Assembly: GCF_000829315.1 (NCBI RefSeq)
Contig: NZ_AP013028.1
Location: 150,001-182,000 of the forward strand
Direction of reading: 5' to 3'
Origin: Wolbachia endosymbiont of Cimex lectularius
GTDB lineage: Bacteria > Pseudomonadota > Alphaproteobacteria > Rickettsiales > Anaplasmataceae
DNA length: 32,000 bases
Part shown: in pieces, positions 16,701-24,097 of the stretch
Numbering within the stretch: the first letter of the stretch is position 1
Layout of the letters: each line of letters begins with the position of its first letter
The notes under the pieces: model-generated
What the model saw: the letters and a program-made list of their open reading frames with translations, nothing else
The model's database searches: none
Told to the model about the DNA's origin: nothing
Translations under genes and position numbers: made by a program

Positions 16701-17285
16701 TACGCACAAAGTATAAAGCAGGTCGCGTAGTTTGTTTTCATCAACCTCGGCTGCGATGAGGTTAATATCATCCTGCACAGTTTCGTTATGAAGTGTTTTA
16801 TCAAATATGATGGAATGTAATTCTTTGCATTCGCTCAGCGTACAACTTGGAGCGATGCCAGCCTCCACAGGGAAGCTAGAAATTAATTTGTAACAAAAAG
16901 CATGTATGGTCTGGATAGTTAAACCCAGATTTTCCAGTTCAGAGAAAAGCCTTCTTGCTTGACCTTCGTTTTCTCTAGATCCCAGTGTTGTGCTACTTGG
17001 ATGACAAAAAGACGGACTTTGGAATGACATCAAAGAGAGGCCAAATTGCTCTAAGTCTGCTGCCAGCACACTTCCTGAGCATATTGCCCACTTACTGAGT
17101 GTACTGTGAATGCGACTTTCCATCTCGTTTGCTGCAGCATTGGTAAATGTTAAGCAGAGAATATTCCTTTTGTTTTCCAATAAAAGTCTTAATACTCTAT
17201 CTATTAAGATTTTGGTTTTGCCTGTGCCAGCAGACGCGTTTACCCACACAGAGAGGCTAGGATTTATTGCATTTAATCTCATCAA
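13785..17285 (-). CDS. addA: double-strand break repair helicase-nuclease AddA (UvrD-like helicase plus PD-(D/E)xK nuclease)
   Basis: 1166 aa. The N-terminus VWVNASAGTGKTKILIDRVLRLLLENKRNILCLTFTNAAANEM matches the alphaproteobacterial AddA Walker A region. UvrD-like motifs are present (VDEAQDNS, GDVKQSIYRFQGA, TIHKSKGL, LLYVALTRA). The C-terminal nuclease signature is RGLIIHSILQ ... DRLCI ... IIDYKS. Three blocks of palindromic elements are read through in frame. Confidence 0.8.
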   Translation of the reverse strand: MMRLNAINPSLSVWVNASAGTGKTKILIDRVLRLLLENKRNILCLTFTNAAANEMESRIHSTLSKWAICSGSVLAADLEQFGLSLMSFQSPSFCHPSSTTLGSRENEGQARRLFSELENLGLTIQTIHAFCYKLISSFPVEAGIAPSCTLSECKELHSIIFDKTLHNETVQDDINLIAAEVDENKLRDLLYTLCVKRPLSADDLEYIKGKLSAPYKIHGLQSETIEHVERLAEILSEGSKRDQSYSTMLYDWCKPSVIPARDAGSQKKRNMDPSVNYLDDTNIENLIKVFLKSESNEKKSISSIITKGTLEKFGDAEQIIENIQNVVFTHVRDVNSYQIFKRTSSLLKIFKVYADLYNSEKSKNALLDYNDIIHLATNLLGNPDYKDWVLFNLDQKIDHILVDEAQDNSISQWKIITNLCDEFFTDGDEKRTLFVVGDVKQSIYRFQGANPHLFNYMQQYFHTKTGGREWISCQLEKSFRSTPHILALVDRLFNNFREEISFVDSEIKHIPHRENDQGYIEIWPLLPRCKEEKQQALQIHLAQRKDHVIAERLLAQAIAHRVRNWLNEGRILVAKDRHIEPRDIMILVRQRNVLVDYVISELKKANVPVIGRDYFRIMDYIAVQDLIALAEFLLLPTNDLALANVLKSPLFNFTEDDLFNIAHDRKEQSLWKRLQDYCEVIYSELNYLIDLSRAESSLTLFTHVLRTGKKKFAARLGLECFEILDEFMNLVLQFENPSLQAFVQWIKENNLEIKNDMQSERNAVRIMTIHKSKGLQVPIVFLVDTNTVPRNSESIVFDAMEAPFWCGKNDNAYCDQVKREKKLEDYNEYLRLLYVALTRAEDELYILGKEPVQKNSWYDIITRHGEPYEKKQADLRPIFKERVEVLCVNANYPSVYKKRDYFDVPVISPPPNLSMSSQHPFSCHPSASFSCHPSAPTLGSSKKEGEPAPPFVIQVADTGIQEKEGTPASTTHPPVSSQHSPLSFQHLMLESGEKKEWIPVSEHWDDKKRSTGMISAGITDGYARGLIIHSILQYMPKIEKDRRKIWVRKYLDNMNSREDKDEIYNKILAFNEKYDYLFDLEGKSEITLSGTIDGEPILVRLDRLCITQDKVIIIDYKSHCSVSASSLNEIKKQMSIYKTLVQEIYPNKQIECVVIWVENLTLQSDF
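14230..14545. repeat. cluster of 5-6 short GC-richer palindromic elements inside addA
   Basis: Examples: GTCATCCCAGTGCTCCGACACTGGGATCC (14268-14296), GGATTCCAGCATCAAGTGCTGGAATGAC (14313-14340), CCTGGATTCCAGTGTCAGCTACTTGGATGAC (14402-14432) and CTGGATCCCAGTGTCGGAGCACTGGGATGAC (14464-14494). The same element type occurs in intergenic DNA at 20547-20690 and 26971-27000. Confidence 0.7.
16443..16520. repeat. two palindromic elements inside addA
   Basis: GGTGTCATCCAAGTAGTTGACGCTGGGATCC and GGCTTCCAGCGTCACGCGCTGGAATGACAG. They are translated as ...CKPSVIPARDAGSQKKRNMDPSVNYLDD... Confidence 0.65.
16975..17032. repeat. palindromic element inside the addA N-terminal region
   Basis: AGATCCCAGTGTTGTGCTACTTGGATGAC plus GGAATGACATC. 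They are translated as ...MSFQSPSFCHPSSTTLGSRE... (about aa 86-104). Confidence 0.65.
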
Positions 17286-17365
17286 AAATATAAAAATCGT
17301 ATAAAATTTGACTAAAATGGCATTATAAAATATAATGTGAAAGTAGTATTAGTGAAGATATACAA

Positions 17366-18232
17366 ATGAAAAGTTTTTGTGTAAAGGCTCCTGCAAAAGT
17401 TAACCTTTTTTTGCATGTTGTAGGGAAAGAAGAAATAGGGTATCACTTAATTGAAGGCTTATTTGTTTTTGCCAATCTTTCCAATTTTTTGGAAATAAAG
17501 GTAGGTGAAAAGGATTTCAGATACGACAACTCTATAGTTGAATTTGTAAATTCCGAACTTAGAATAAATAACAGGTACAACACCGTAATGAGAGCAGTTA
17601 ACCTATTGCTTAGATACGCTCCTGCGCGAACTAAAGTCATTGTAAAGGTTGTGAAAAATATACCAATTGCTGCGGGTTTAGGTAGTGGCTCCTCAGATGC
17701 TGGGGCTATAATACGTACACTAGGGAAGTTATGGAAAATTGACAGATCAATCTTAAATGAAATAGCTTTAAGCGTTGGTGCTGATGTTCCTGCAAGTATA
17801 GATAGCAAGCCAGTTTTGGTTAGAGGTATTGGTGAAGAGTTGTGTCCCATAAAAAAATTCTCTCTACCCACAAATATAGTACTGGTGAAGCCGAAAAAAA
17901 AGTTCTTGAGCACACCAGAGGTATTTTCTAAATATAAAGGAGATTTTTCAAAACCAATTGAATGGAGTGATGATGCTGAAAAGGATCTGCTGAAACTTCT
18001 CAAAGAGACGAAAAACGATCTTCAAGAGATGGTAGTAAGTCTTGTACCTGAAATTGAAGATGTGATACTAGCACTAGAGTCACAAAAAGGTTCTATACTG
18101 TCTTGCATGTCAGGCAGCGGTGTAACGTGTTTTGGGATATTCGATAATGAAGAAAATGCAAAAGCTGCTGCAGCGAATATCAGAGAAAAGCAGCCAGAAT
18201 GGTGGGTATGTGACACTCAATTAATAACTTGA
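17366..18232 (+). CDS. ispE: 4-diphosphocytidyl-2-C-methyl-D-erythritol kinase (MEP pathway)
   Basis: N-terminus APAKVNLFLHVVGK and the GHMP-kinase motif PIAAGLGSGSSDAGA. 288 aa. Confidence 0.85.
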   Translation: MKSFCVKAPAKVNLFLHVVGKEEIGYHLIEGLFVFANLSNFLEIKVGEKDFRYDNSIVEFVNSELRINNRYNTVMRAVNLLLRYAPARTKVIVKVVKNIPIAAGLGSGSSDAGAIIRTLGKLWKIDRSILNEIALSVGADVPASIDSKPVLVRGIGEELCPIKKFSLPTNIVLVKPKKKFLSTPEVFSKYKGDFSKPIEWSDDAEKDLLKLLKETKNDLQEMVVSLVPEIEDVILALESQKGSILSCMSGSGVTCFGIFDNEENAKAAAANIREKQPEWWVCDTQLIT

Positions 18233-18235
18233 TTT

Positions 18236-18601
18236 ATGGACATAATTCCTTTAGTTTCTACGAATAAAAACTTCATAGGTAGTTATAGGAAAGGAAAATT
18301 TTTGGTGAATGATCAAGAATATCATAGCTCAATTATAATTTTTCCCGAAAAGGTGGTTGAACTAAAAGAAAGTGATATAAATAGTAAGGAGGATTTTAAA
18401 TCTCTTTTAACAGAGGAAATAGAAATTTTGTTGATAGGTACTGGTAAAACACGCAATGCATTAGATTCCTCAGTGAAATCCTATCTTATGGAACAAAAGG
18501 GTTTAAGTTTTGAATTTATGACAACGGGTTCTGCATGCAGAACCCATAATGTTCTGATATCCGAAGACAGGTTTGTTGTCACTTACTTAAGGGCCATATA
18601 G
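18236..18601 (+). CDS. Mth938-like / DUF498 domain protein
   Basis: 121 aa with ILLIGTGK ... FMTTGSACRTHNVLISEDRFV, the pattern I recall for the Mth938/NDUFAF3-like family. Confidence 0.7.
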   Translation: MDIIPLVSTNKNFIGSYRKGKFLVNDQEYHSSIIIFPEKVVELKESDINSKEDFKSLLTEEIEILLIGTGKTRNALDSSVKSYLMEQKGLSFEFMTTGSACRTHNVLISEDRFVVTYLRAI

Positions 18602-18602
18602 C

Positions 18603-19412
18603 ATGCTTGAAATGTTTACACAGGACTTTTTCATCAACAGCCTGATTGCAATAGTTATAATTGGCCTCGTAACAGGTGCACTGGGGTCATTTATGATATG
18701 GCAAAGATTATCGTATCTGGGTGATAGCTTGTCTCATTCTTCGTTGCTTGGCGTTGCACTGGCTTTAATCTTCAAGACTACTCCCTCAATCAGCATAATG
18801 TTTATAGCAATTGCTTTTGCAATACTGCTTTCCCTTAATTTTGATAGATTGTATTCTGTTGATACGATACTAAATATCGTCACTAACGTAGTTTTATCGT
18901 CAAGTTTAATACTGATGTCCTTTCTTCCATCGAGCAATAGCAGCATTATTAGCTCGCTATTTGGCGACATATTAACACTGGAGCAGAGTGAAATAGTATT
19001 GATTTTTTTAACTTCAGTAGTGGTTGGTTTGATATTAGCATTTAGATGGCGCTACTGGCTAATAATTTCAATCAACCAAGATTTGGCAATCGTTGAAAAG
19101 GTTAACGTGAATTTGGTTAGGCTAGAATTTTTAATTACTCTCGCCATATTTATAGCAGTTTCTGCTCAATTAATAGGAATATTACTCATTGCTGCATTTT
19201 TGTTAATACCGGCTGCATCTGCAAGGCTTATCTCAAAAACTCCAATGCAGATGGTTATTATTGCAACGGTTTTTTCTGTGATCTCTGGAATATCAGGCCT
19301 TATATTATCTGCAAGTTTTGATTTATTAACAGGGCCTGCAATTATACTTATTGCAGCTGCATACTTAATTATCGCTTATTTTATGAAGTTGATATTAAAT
19401 AGATTAGCTTAA
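18603..19412 (+). CDS. metal (Zn/Mn-type) ABC transporter permease, ABC-3 family
   Basis: 269 aa, multi-pass and very hydrophobic. It has LGDSLSHSSLLGVALA, as in ZnuB/MntB-type permeases. Confidence 0.7.
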   Translation: MLEMFTQDFFINSLIAIVIIGLVTGALGSFMIWQRLSYLGDSLSHSSLLGVALALIFKTTPSISIMFIAIAFAILLSLNFDRLYSVDTILNIVTNVVLSSSLILMSFLPSSNSSIISSLFGDILTLEQSEIVLIFLTSVVVGLILAFRWRYWLIISINQDLAIVEKVNVNLVRLEFLITLAIFIAVSAQLIGILLIAAFLLIPAASARLISKTPMQMVIIATVFSVISGISGLILSASFDLLTGPAIILIAAAYLIIAYFMKLILNRLA

Positions 19413-19471
19413 CTTCGCTCTAGGCGTTAACGGTCTAATCATATATAATCAAATGAGATGATATAGAGCGC

Positions 19472-20470
19472 ATGAAAGTTACACCATCTAAGATCAAAAA
19501 ATTCCTAGAGAAACCTGATACTTTAAGAGGTGTGTTAATTCATGGGAGCGATAATAGTAGAATTGATTTTTTCGTACAGGAGATAATTTCTAGTTTAGAT
19601 GAGTATTCAGTTCAGGTGATGGACTTTGCAACAGTGAATAAGTCACCTGGTTTATTACTCTCTGAGTTAGCAAACATTGCGATGTTTGCTAACAAGAAAT
19701 TAGTTAAGCTGATAAATGTAAGTGGGAGTATATCTAAAGAGTTAAAAAACGTATTGGATCATAATACAAGTGATCATTACGTAATGATGATAGCAAATGA
19801 TCTACCATATAGTTCTGCAACTAAAAGTTATATGGAAAGCTCAAAAATTTTTGGCGTAATTGCTTGCTATAAAGATAGTGGTAGTAATCTCTACGACATT
19901 ATATCCAGTTACTTAAAACAAAATGACATAAAATACACAAACGAGGTAATCTACCATTTGCAATCTTACTTTAATCATAGCAAGCTACCTATATACTCAG
20001 AACTTGAAAAATTAGTTTTGTACCTAGGAGAGAGAAAGGATCTCAAACCTGCTGATATAGAGCTGTGCCTTTCAACTTCTAGCAATGATTATGTTACACT
20101 TGATAACCTGTGCTCTGCTATAGCAAATAAAGATATGGCAAATTTCATCAAAATTTCCGATACACTGATATTACAGGAGAATTTTTCACCGATAGCGTTA
20201 ATTCGTATTATATCAAATTATTTCCTACGTCTTGAAAACGTTTTGCTGTCGATACGAAGCGGAATGAGCGAACAGGATGCAATTGATCAGCTGAGCCCCC
20301 CATTGTTCTTCAAGCAGTTGAAGAGTTTCAAGCTTCACTTGAAAAATTTTCAACTTTTAGAACTCAGAAGGATCTTAGAAAGGTTGATAAGATTAGAGGT
20401 CATCTGTAAAAAAACTGATTTAGATCATAAAATGATCTTTCAACATGCACTGCAAATGGCTGACACTTGA
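19472..20470 (+). CDS. holA: DNA polymerase III subunit delta
   Basis: 332 aa. The N-terminal layout (KPDTLRGVLIHGSDNSRIDFFVQEI) and overall length fit HolA. Similarity was judged by eye only. Confidence 0.6.
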   Translation: MKVTPSKIKKFLEKPDTLRGVLIHGSDNSRIDFFVQEIISSLDEYSVQVMDFATVNKSPGLLLSELANIAMFANKKLVKLINVSGSISKELKNVLDHNTSDHYVMMIANDLPYSSATKSYMESSKIFGVIACYKDSGSNLYDIISSYLKQNDIKYTNEVIYHLQSYFNHSKLPIYSELEKLVLYLGERKDLKPADIELCLSTSSNDYVTLDNLCSAIANKDMANFIKISDTLILQENFSPIALIRIISNYFLRLENVLLSIRSGMSEQDAIDQLSPPLFFKQLKSFKLHLKNFQLLELRRILERLIRLEVICKKTDLDHKMIFQHALQMADT

Positions 20471-20490
20471 GATATTAGAGCTAAACTATG

Positions 20491-20730
20491 GAGATTGCTC
20501 ACAGCTGTACGAACATTGCAATTAGCAGGTAATTTGCGTAACAGATGGTGTCATCCCAGTGCTCCGACACTGGGATCCAGCTTTTCCATAATCATCAAAA
20601 CGTCGTATTTTAACATAAAAGAGCTACTTTTATACTCACCAACTTAATAAAATTCCTGGATGCCAGTGTCAGCTACTTGCATGACACCCGAGTGGTAGCA
20701 CAATGTTCGTACAGTTGTGGAAGATTGCTC
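20491..20730. repeat. nested palindromic element between holA and dut
   Basis: Outer inverted repeat CACAGCTGTACGAACATTG (20500-20518) and CAATGTTCGTACAGTTGTG (20701-20719). Inner pair GGTGTCAT (20547-20554) and ATGACACC (20681-20688). Local hairpin ATCCCAGTG/CACTGGGAT (20553-20576). AGATTGCTC occurs at both ends. Confidence 0.7.
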
Positions 20731-20812
20731 TCAAATTGTAGTTTTCATATCAAGCACTGAAAGACGTTGTTTATACTTTTGCAGATACAATTTATGTGTT
20801 ATAATTTAAACT

Positions 20813-21286
20813 TTGATAGATAAAGTGCAAAGAAGTAACGTGAAAGTAGAAGTAAAAAAATTATCACATGGAGAAGATCTGCCTCTTCCCTGTTATGCAA
20901 CTACGCAGAGCGCTGGTATGGATCTTTATGCTGCGCTGAATGACTCCGCTATTTTAAATCCGCTTGAAAGGCTACTTATTCCAACTGGAATTATAATTGC
21001 AATACCGAGTGGTTTTGAGGGACAAGTCCGCACGCGTTCTGGCCTTGCTGCAAAACATGGAATCACTGTCTTAAATTCTCCAGGCACCATAGATTCTGAC
21101 TACCGGGGCGAGGTTAAAGTTTGCTTGATTAATCTCAGCAATCAACCATATGAGATAAAAAGGGGAGATAGAATCGCACAGATTCTTATTGCTCCTATGT
21201 CTCAAGTAATTTGGGATGATACAGAAGAATTCTACGTAGAAGAAACTGACCGAAATGCGGGGGGTTTTGGCTCAAGTGGTAGGTAG
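20813..21286 (+). CDS. dut: dUTP diphosphatase
   Basis: LPLPCYATTQSAGMDLYA, RSGLAAKHGI, GTIDSDYRGEV and C-terminal GGFGSSG motifs. The start is uncertain. The TTG at 20813 comes from the ORF track, while comparison with other Dut proteins favours the GTG at 20840. Confidence 0.85.
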   Translation: MIDKVQRSNVKVEVKKLSHGEDLPLPCYATTQSAGMDLYAALNDSAILNPLERLLIPTGIIIAIPSGFEGQVRTRSGLAAKHGITVLNSPGTIDSDYRGEVKVCLINLSNQPYEIKRGDRIAQILIAPMSQVIWDDTEEFYVEETDRNAGGFGSSGR

Positions 21287-21332
21287 TTTATGCAAATGTT
21301 ACCTATTAGTTGATTTTTACATCAAAAAACTC

Positions 21333-21360
21333 TTGACCGAGGTGGTTTTTTACATATAAT
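21333..21360 (+). promoter_or_regulatory. candidate promoter for the 21396 gene (TTGACC-16-TATAAT)
   Basis: AAAAAACTCTTGACC at 21325-21338 and TATAAT at 21355-21360. The A-tract plus CT.CTTGAC prelude resembles the repeat-borne promoters. Confidence 0.45.
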
Positions 21361-21395
21361 TTTAAGTATATTAATAATTTATTAAAGAGGTAGTT

Positions 21396-22028
21396 ATGCC
21401 AATTTTCAAAAACCATCGTGGTCAATTCCACAAAATGAACACTGCACTTGTTGCACTTACTTCTCTGTATGTCATAGGCGCAGCAGTAGCACTTTCATCA
21501 CCATATTGGGCGTCTTCATGTCCAGTTCTAGCTCCACTTGCAACTTTTGCAGCTACACTACTTGGAATGGGTATATTAGCATTTGTTGCTATTGCACTAA
21601 CTGGCTTAGCAATACGCGCCATCAGCAAAAATAACGAAATATCTGAGGAGAAAGCTCCGAAGATTACTAAGGATGGGTTGTTAGTAAGAAGAGACGTATA
21701 TGAGGAAATGAAGAAAAATAACCAAGTTAAAGATGATAATGGTAATGCCAAGTCAGGTCAATATTATATAGACTTCAACTTGGGAGACAAGAACTACCGT
21801 GTTATTATTGGCGATAAGCTTGACGAGGAGCGAGGTAATACTTTACTCTTCAAGACATATTCACTAGAAGTGAAAGGCACTGACGGTAAATATGCTCCGA
21901 TGGCTAATAAAAATAAGGAATTGGAAGCATTAGGTTTAAAACAATCTAGTGATGAGATTAACACTTATTTAGGCAAGCTTTCTTCTGTTACACCTGCTGT
22001 ACAAGGACAAGGAAAAGGACAACAATAA
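21396..22028 (+). CDS. hypothetical membrane-anchored protein (ISKNNxISE hinge family)
   Basis: ATG follows AGAGG. Two N-terminal TM helices are followed by RAISKNNEISEEK and a soluble C-terminal domain with no homology I recognise. A clean terminator follows. Confidence 0.6.
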   Translation: MPIFKNHRGQFHKMNTALVALTSLYVIGAAVALSSPYWASSCPVLAPLATFAATLLGMGILAFVAIALTGLAIRAISKNNEISEEKAPKITKDGLLVRRDVYEEMKKNNQVKDDNGNAKSGQYYIDFNLGDKNYRVIIGDKLDEERGNTLLFKTYSLEVKGTDGKYAPMANKNKELEALGLKQSSDEINTYLGKLSSVTPAVQGQGKGQQ

Positions 22029-22051
22029 GCAGTATAGCTTAAGTAAAACAA

Positions 22052-22080
22052 AGAGGTAGGCTAAGTCTACCTCTTTTTCT
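22052..22080 (+). terminator. rho-independent terminator
   Basis: Stem AGAGGTAG (22052-22059), loop GCTAAGT, stem CTACCTCT (22067-22074), then TTTTT. Confidence 0.75.
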
Positions 22081-22113
22081 TCTAAAAGTTTTTGAATTTC
22101 GAGCACCAAGTAA

Positions 22114-22527
22114 CAGGATACTACTTTAGTAATAAATATTTAAGAAACTTACCAAGTGGAGAAAAAAGCAAAAGAAGCCCCGTGGTGGCTAGTTATTTAC
22201 TTTTGTGTCGAAATATTGGCGTTTTTTTATCCTAAACGCTTAATAAGTGCGACTTAGCTGCTTTTTAATGCAACTAACCTTAGCCATAAACATTTAAGAA
22301 ATTCACTAAGCAGAAAAACAGGCAAAGAAACCCCGAGTAGCTAGTTATTCACTATCTATCTTATAACATTGGCGTTTTTGATGTCTTAAACGACTTATAA
22401 GCGCGTTTGAGCTTGTATAGGTAAAAAACCAGAAGTTTTTTTGTCGTTTAATCTGCACAGACTGAAGATAAATAATAGCTTCAGTCTCATTATAAGGGGG
22501 TTGAAGGAACTTGTCAAGTAGTTTTTT
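22114..22527 (-). repeat. promoter-bearing modular intergenic repeat, type 1, copy e
   Basis: The reverse complement aligns with copies a and b (core CTATACAAGCTCAAACGCGCTTATAAGTCGTTTAAGACA). Tails lie at 22135-22153 and 22289-22307. It shares the extended tail ...TATTACTAAAGTAGTATCCTG with copy d. Confidence 0.75.
22489..22517 (-). promoter_or_regulatory. sigma70-like promoter inside repeat copy e (TTGACA-17-TATAAT)
   Basis: The minus strand reads TTGACA AGTTCCTTCAACCCCCT TATAAT, so both hexamers are consensus. Confidence 0.55.
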
Positions 22528-22603
22528 CGCACATGCCAAAGTTGGTTAAATATGCGAAGAGTCTATTGACACTGAGTATAATCTGGAGTAGTGGTAAATA
22601 GCA

Positions 22604-24097
22604 ATGTTTAAAAGTATTTTCACATTTAGTTTTTTTACAGCTATTTCAAGAATTTCAGGGCTAATAAGGGATATATTAATTGCCATGGTTGTCGGTGCAA
22701 CTCCTCTTGCAGATGTATTTTTTTCTTCGTTTCGTTTTGCCAATCTATTTCGAGCGTTTTTTGCAGAGGGAGCGTTCACTACCTCTTTTATACCGTTATA
22801 TTCAGCAGAATCACGTGATAATAAAAAGGCATTTAGCTTTGCAAGTAGTGTAATATCTCTCACGTTTGTTGTTTTATTGATTTTTTGCCTTATCACGCAG
22901 ACTTTCTTTCCTTATATGATTCAAGTATTCACTCCTGGATTTGACCAAAGCAAACTTGCCCTCACTGTGACTTTATCAAGAATTATGATGCCTTACATAA
23001 TTTTTATTTCAATAGCATCACTTATCGGGGGAATGTTGCAAGTAAAGCAACATTTTGTTTCAACAGCCATTGCACCGATCATTTTGAATCTCTGTCTAAT
23101 TGTTAGTCTATTTGTGCCTTACATAAAAACACCGGCCCACAATCTCTCCATAGCTGTCCTGATTGGAGGGATTTTTCAACTATTGTTGATGCTGTTTAAT
23201 GCATATAAATTAAAGGCTGCATTTTTTTTTAGCATAAAATTAAATAATGAAGTAAAGTTGTTTTTTAAGCGTGTAATACCAGCAATTATCAACAACTGTG
23301 TAACTCAGATAAGCCTATGGATTGATACAATTATGGCCAGTTTTATACCAAATGCAGTGTCCTATATATATTATGCCGATAGACTAAATCAACTACCGCA
23401 AGGAGTAATTGGTACTGCAATTGGTACAGTGCTTCTTCCTTTAATCTCAAAACAAGTAAATGATACTGAAAAGATAGCCAAAATACAAAGCAAAGCTCTC
23501 AGTGTAGGATTAATATTAATTATGCCAACAACTGCTGCTTTTATTATTATTCCTGACATAATTTTACTTACGCTTTTTTCTTACGGTAAGTTTGATCACT
23601 ATGCAGTGCAGCAGACTGCTCCTACGTTGATAGCGCTTTCTCTTTCTTTACCCGCATTTATTATAAATAAAGCATTGCTACCCACGTTTTTTGCTAAGGG
23701 CAATTTAAAAATACCAACTATATTCTCACTAATGTGCCTTGGAATCAATGTGGTGCTAAACCTCTTGTTAATGCACAAATATCAGCACACAGGGATTGCT
23801 ATCGCTACTTCCATCTCCACTTGGATAAATTCTATTCTGCTAATTAATTATCTAACAATAAATAAAATGTATAAGATTAGCCAAGTATTACTATTAAATA
23901 TCGTAAAAATTCTTATCGCAACGTTGGTCATGTCAATAGTTCTTTATGTTTCTAGTTCCTTATCAGCAGGACTATTTCTCGATACAATATTTGCTCGTGT
24001 CATCCATTTAGCAGCGCTAATATTTTTAAGTGTCGTTGTTTATTTTGGTACTCTTTATTTAATGTTTATGGGCAATTTTAAGTATATAAAACTATGA
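22604..24097 (+). CDS. murJ: lipid II flippase MurJ (MviN)
   Basis: 497 aa and about 14 TM segments. The N-terminus FFTAISRISGLIRDILIAMVVGATPLADVFF is characteristic of MurJ. Confidence 0.85.
   Translation: MFKSIFTFSFFTAISRISGLIRDILIAMVVGATPLADVFFSSFRFANLFRAFFAEGAFTTSFIPLYSAESRDNKKAFSFASSVISLTFVVLLIFCLITQTFFPYMIQVFTPGFDQSKLALTVTLSRIMMPYIIFISIASLIGGMLQVKQHFVSTAIAPIILNLCLIVSLFVPYIKTPAHNLSIAVLIGGIFQLLLMLFNAYKLKAAFFFSIKLNNEVKLFFKRVIPAIINNCVTQISLWIDTIMASFIPNAVSYIYYADRLNQLPQGVIGTAIGTVLLPLISKQVNDTEKIAKIQSKALSVGLILIMPTTAAFIIIPDIILLTLFSYGKFDHYAVQQTAPTLIALSLSLPAFIINKALLPTFFAKGNLKIPTIFSLMCLGINVVLNLLLMHKYQHTGIAIATSISTWINSILLINYLTINKMYKISQVLLLNIVKILIATLVMSIVLYVSSSLSAGLFLDTIFARVIHLAALIFLSVVVYFGTLYLMFMGNFKYIKL

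Noticed and set aside
17443-18003. 186-aa ORF antisense to ispE
   Set aside because: It lies entirely inside the well-supported ispE frame on the opposite strand. Its Ser/Phe/Leu-rich low-complexity composition is typical of antisense frames of AT-rich genes.
22546-22896. 116-aa minus-strand ORF overlapping the murJ 5' region
   Set aside because: It is antisense to the conserved MurJ N-terminus and starts inside murJ. I recognise no homology.
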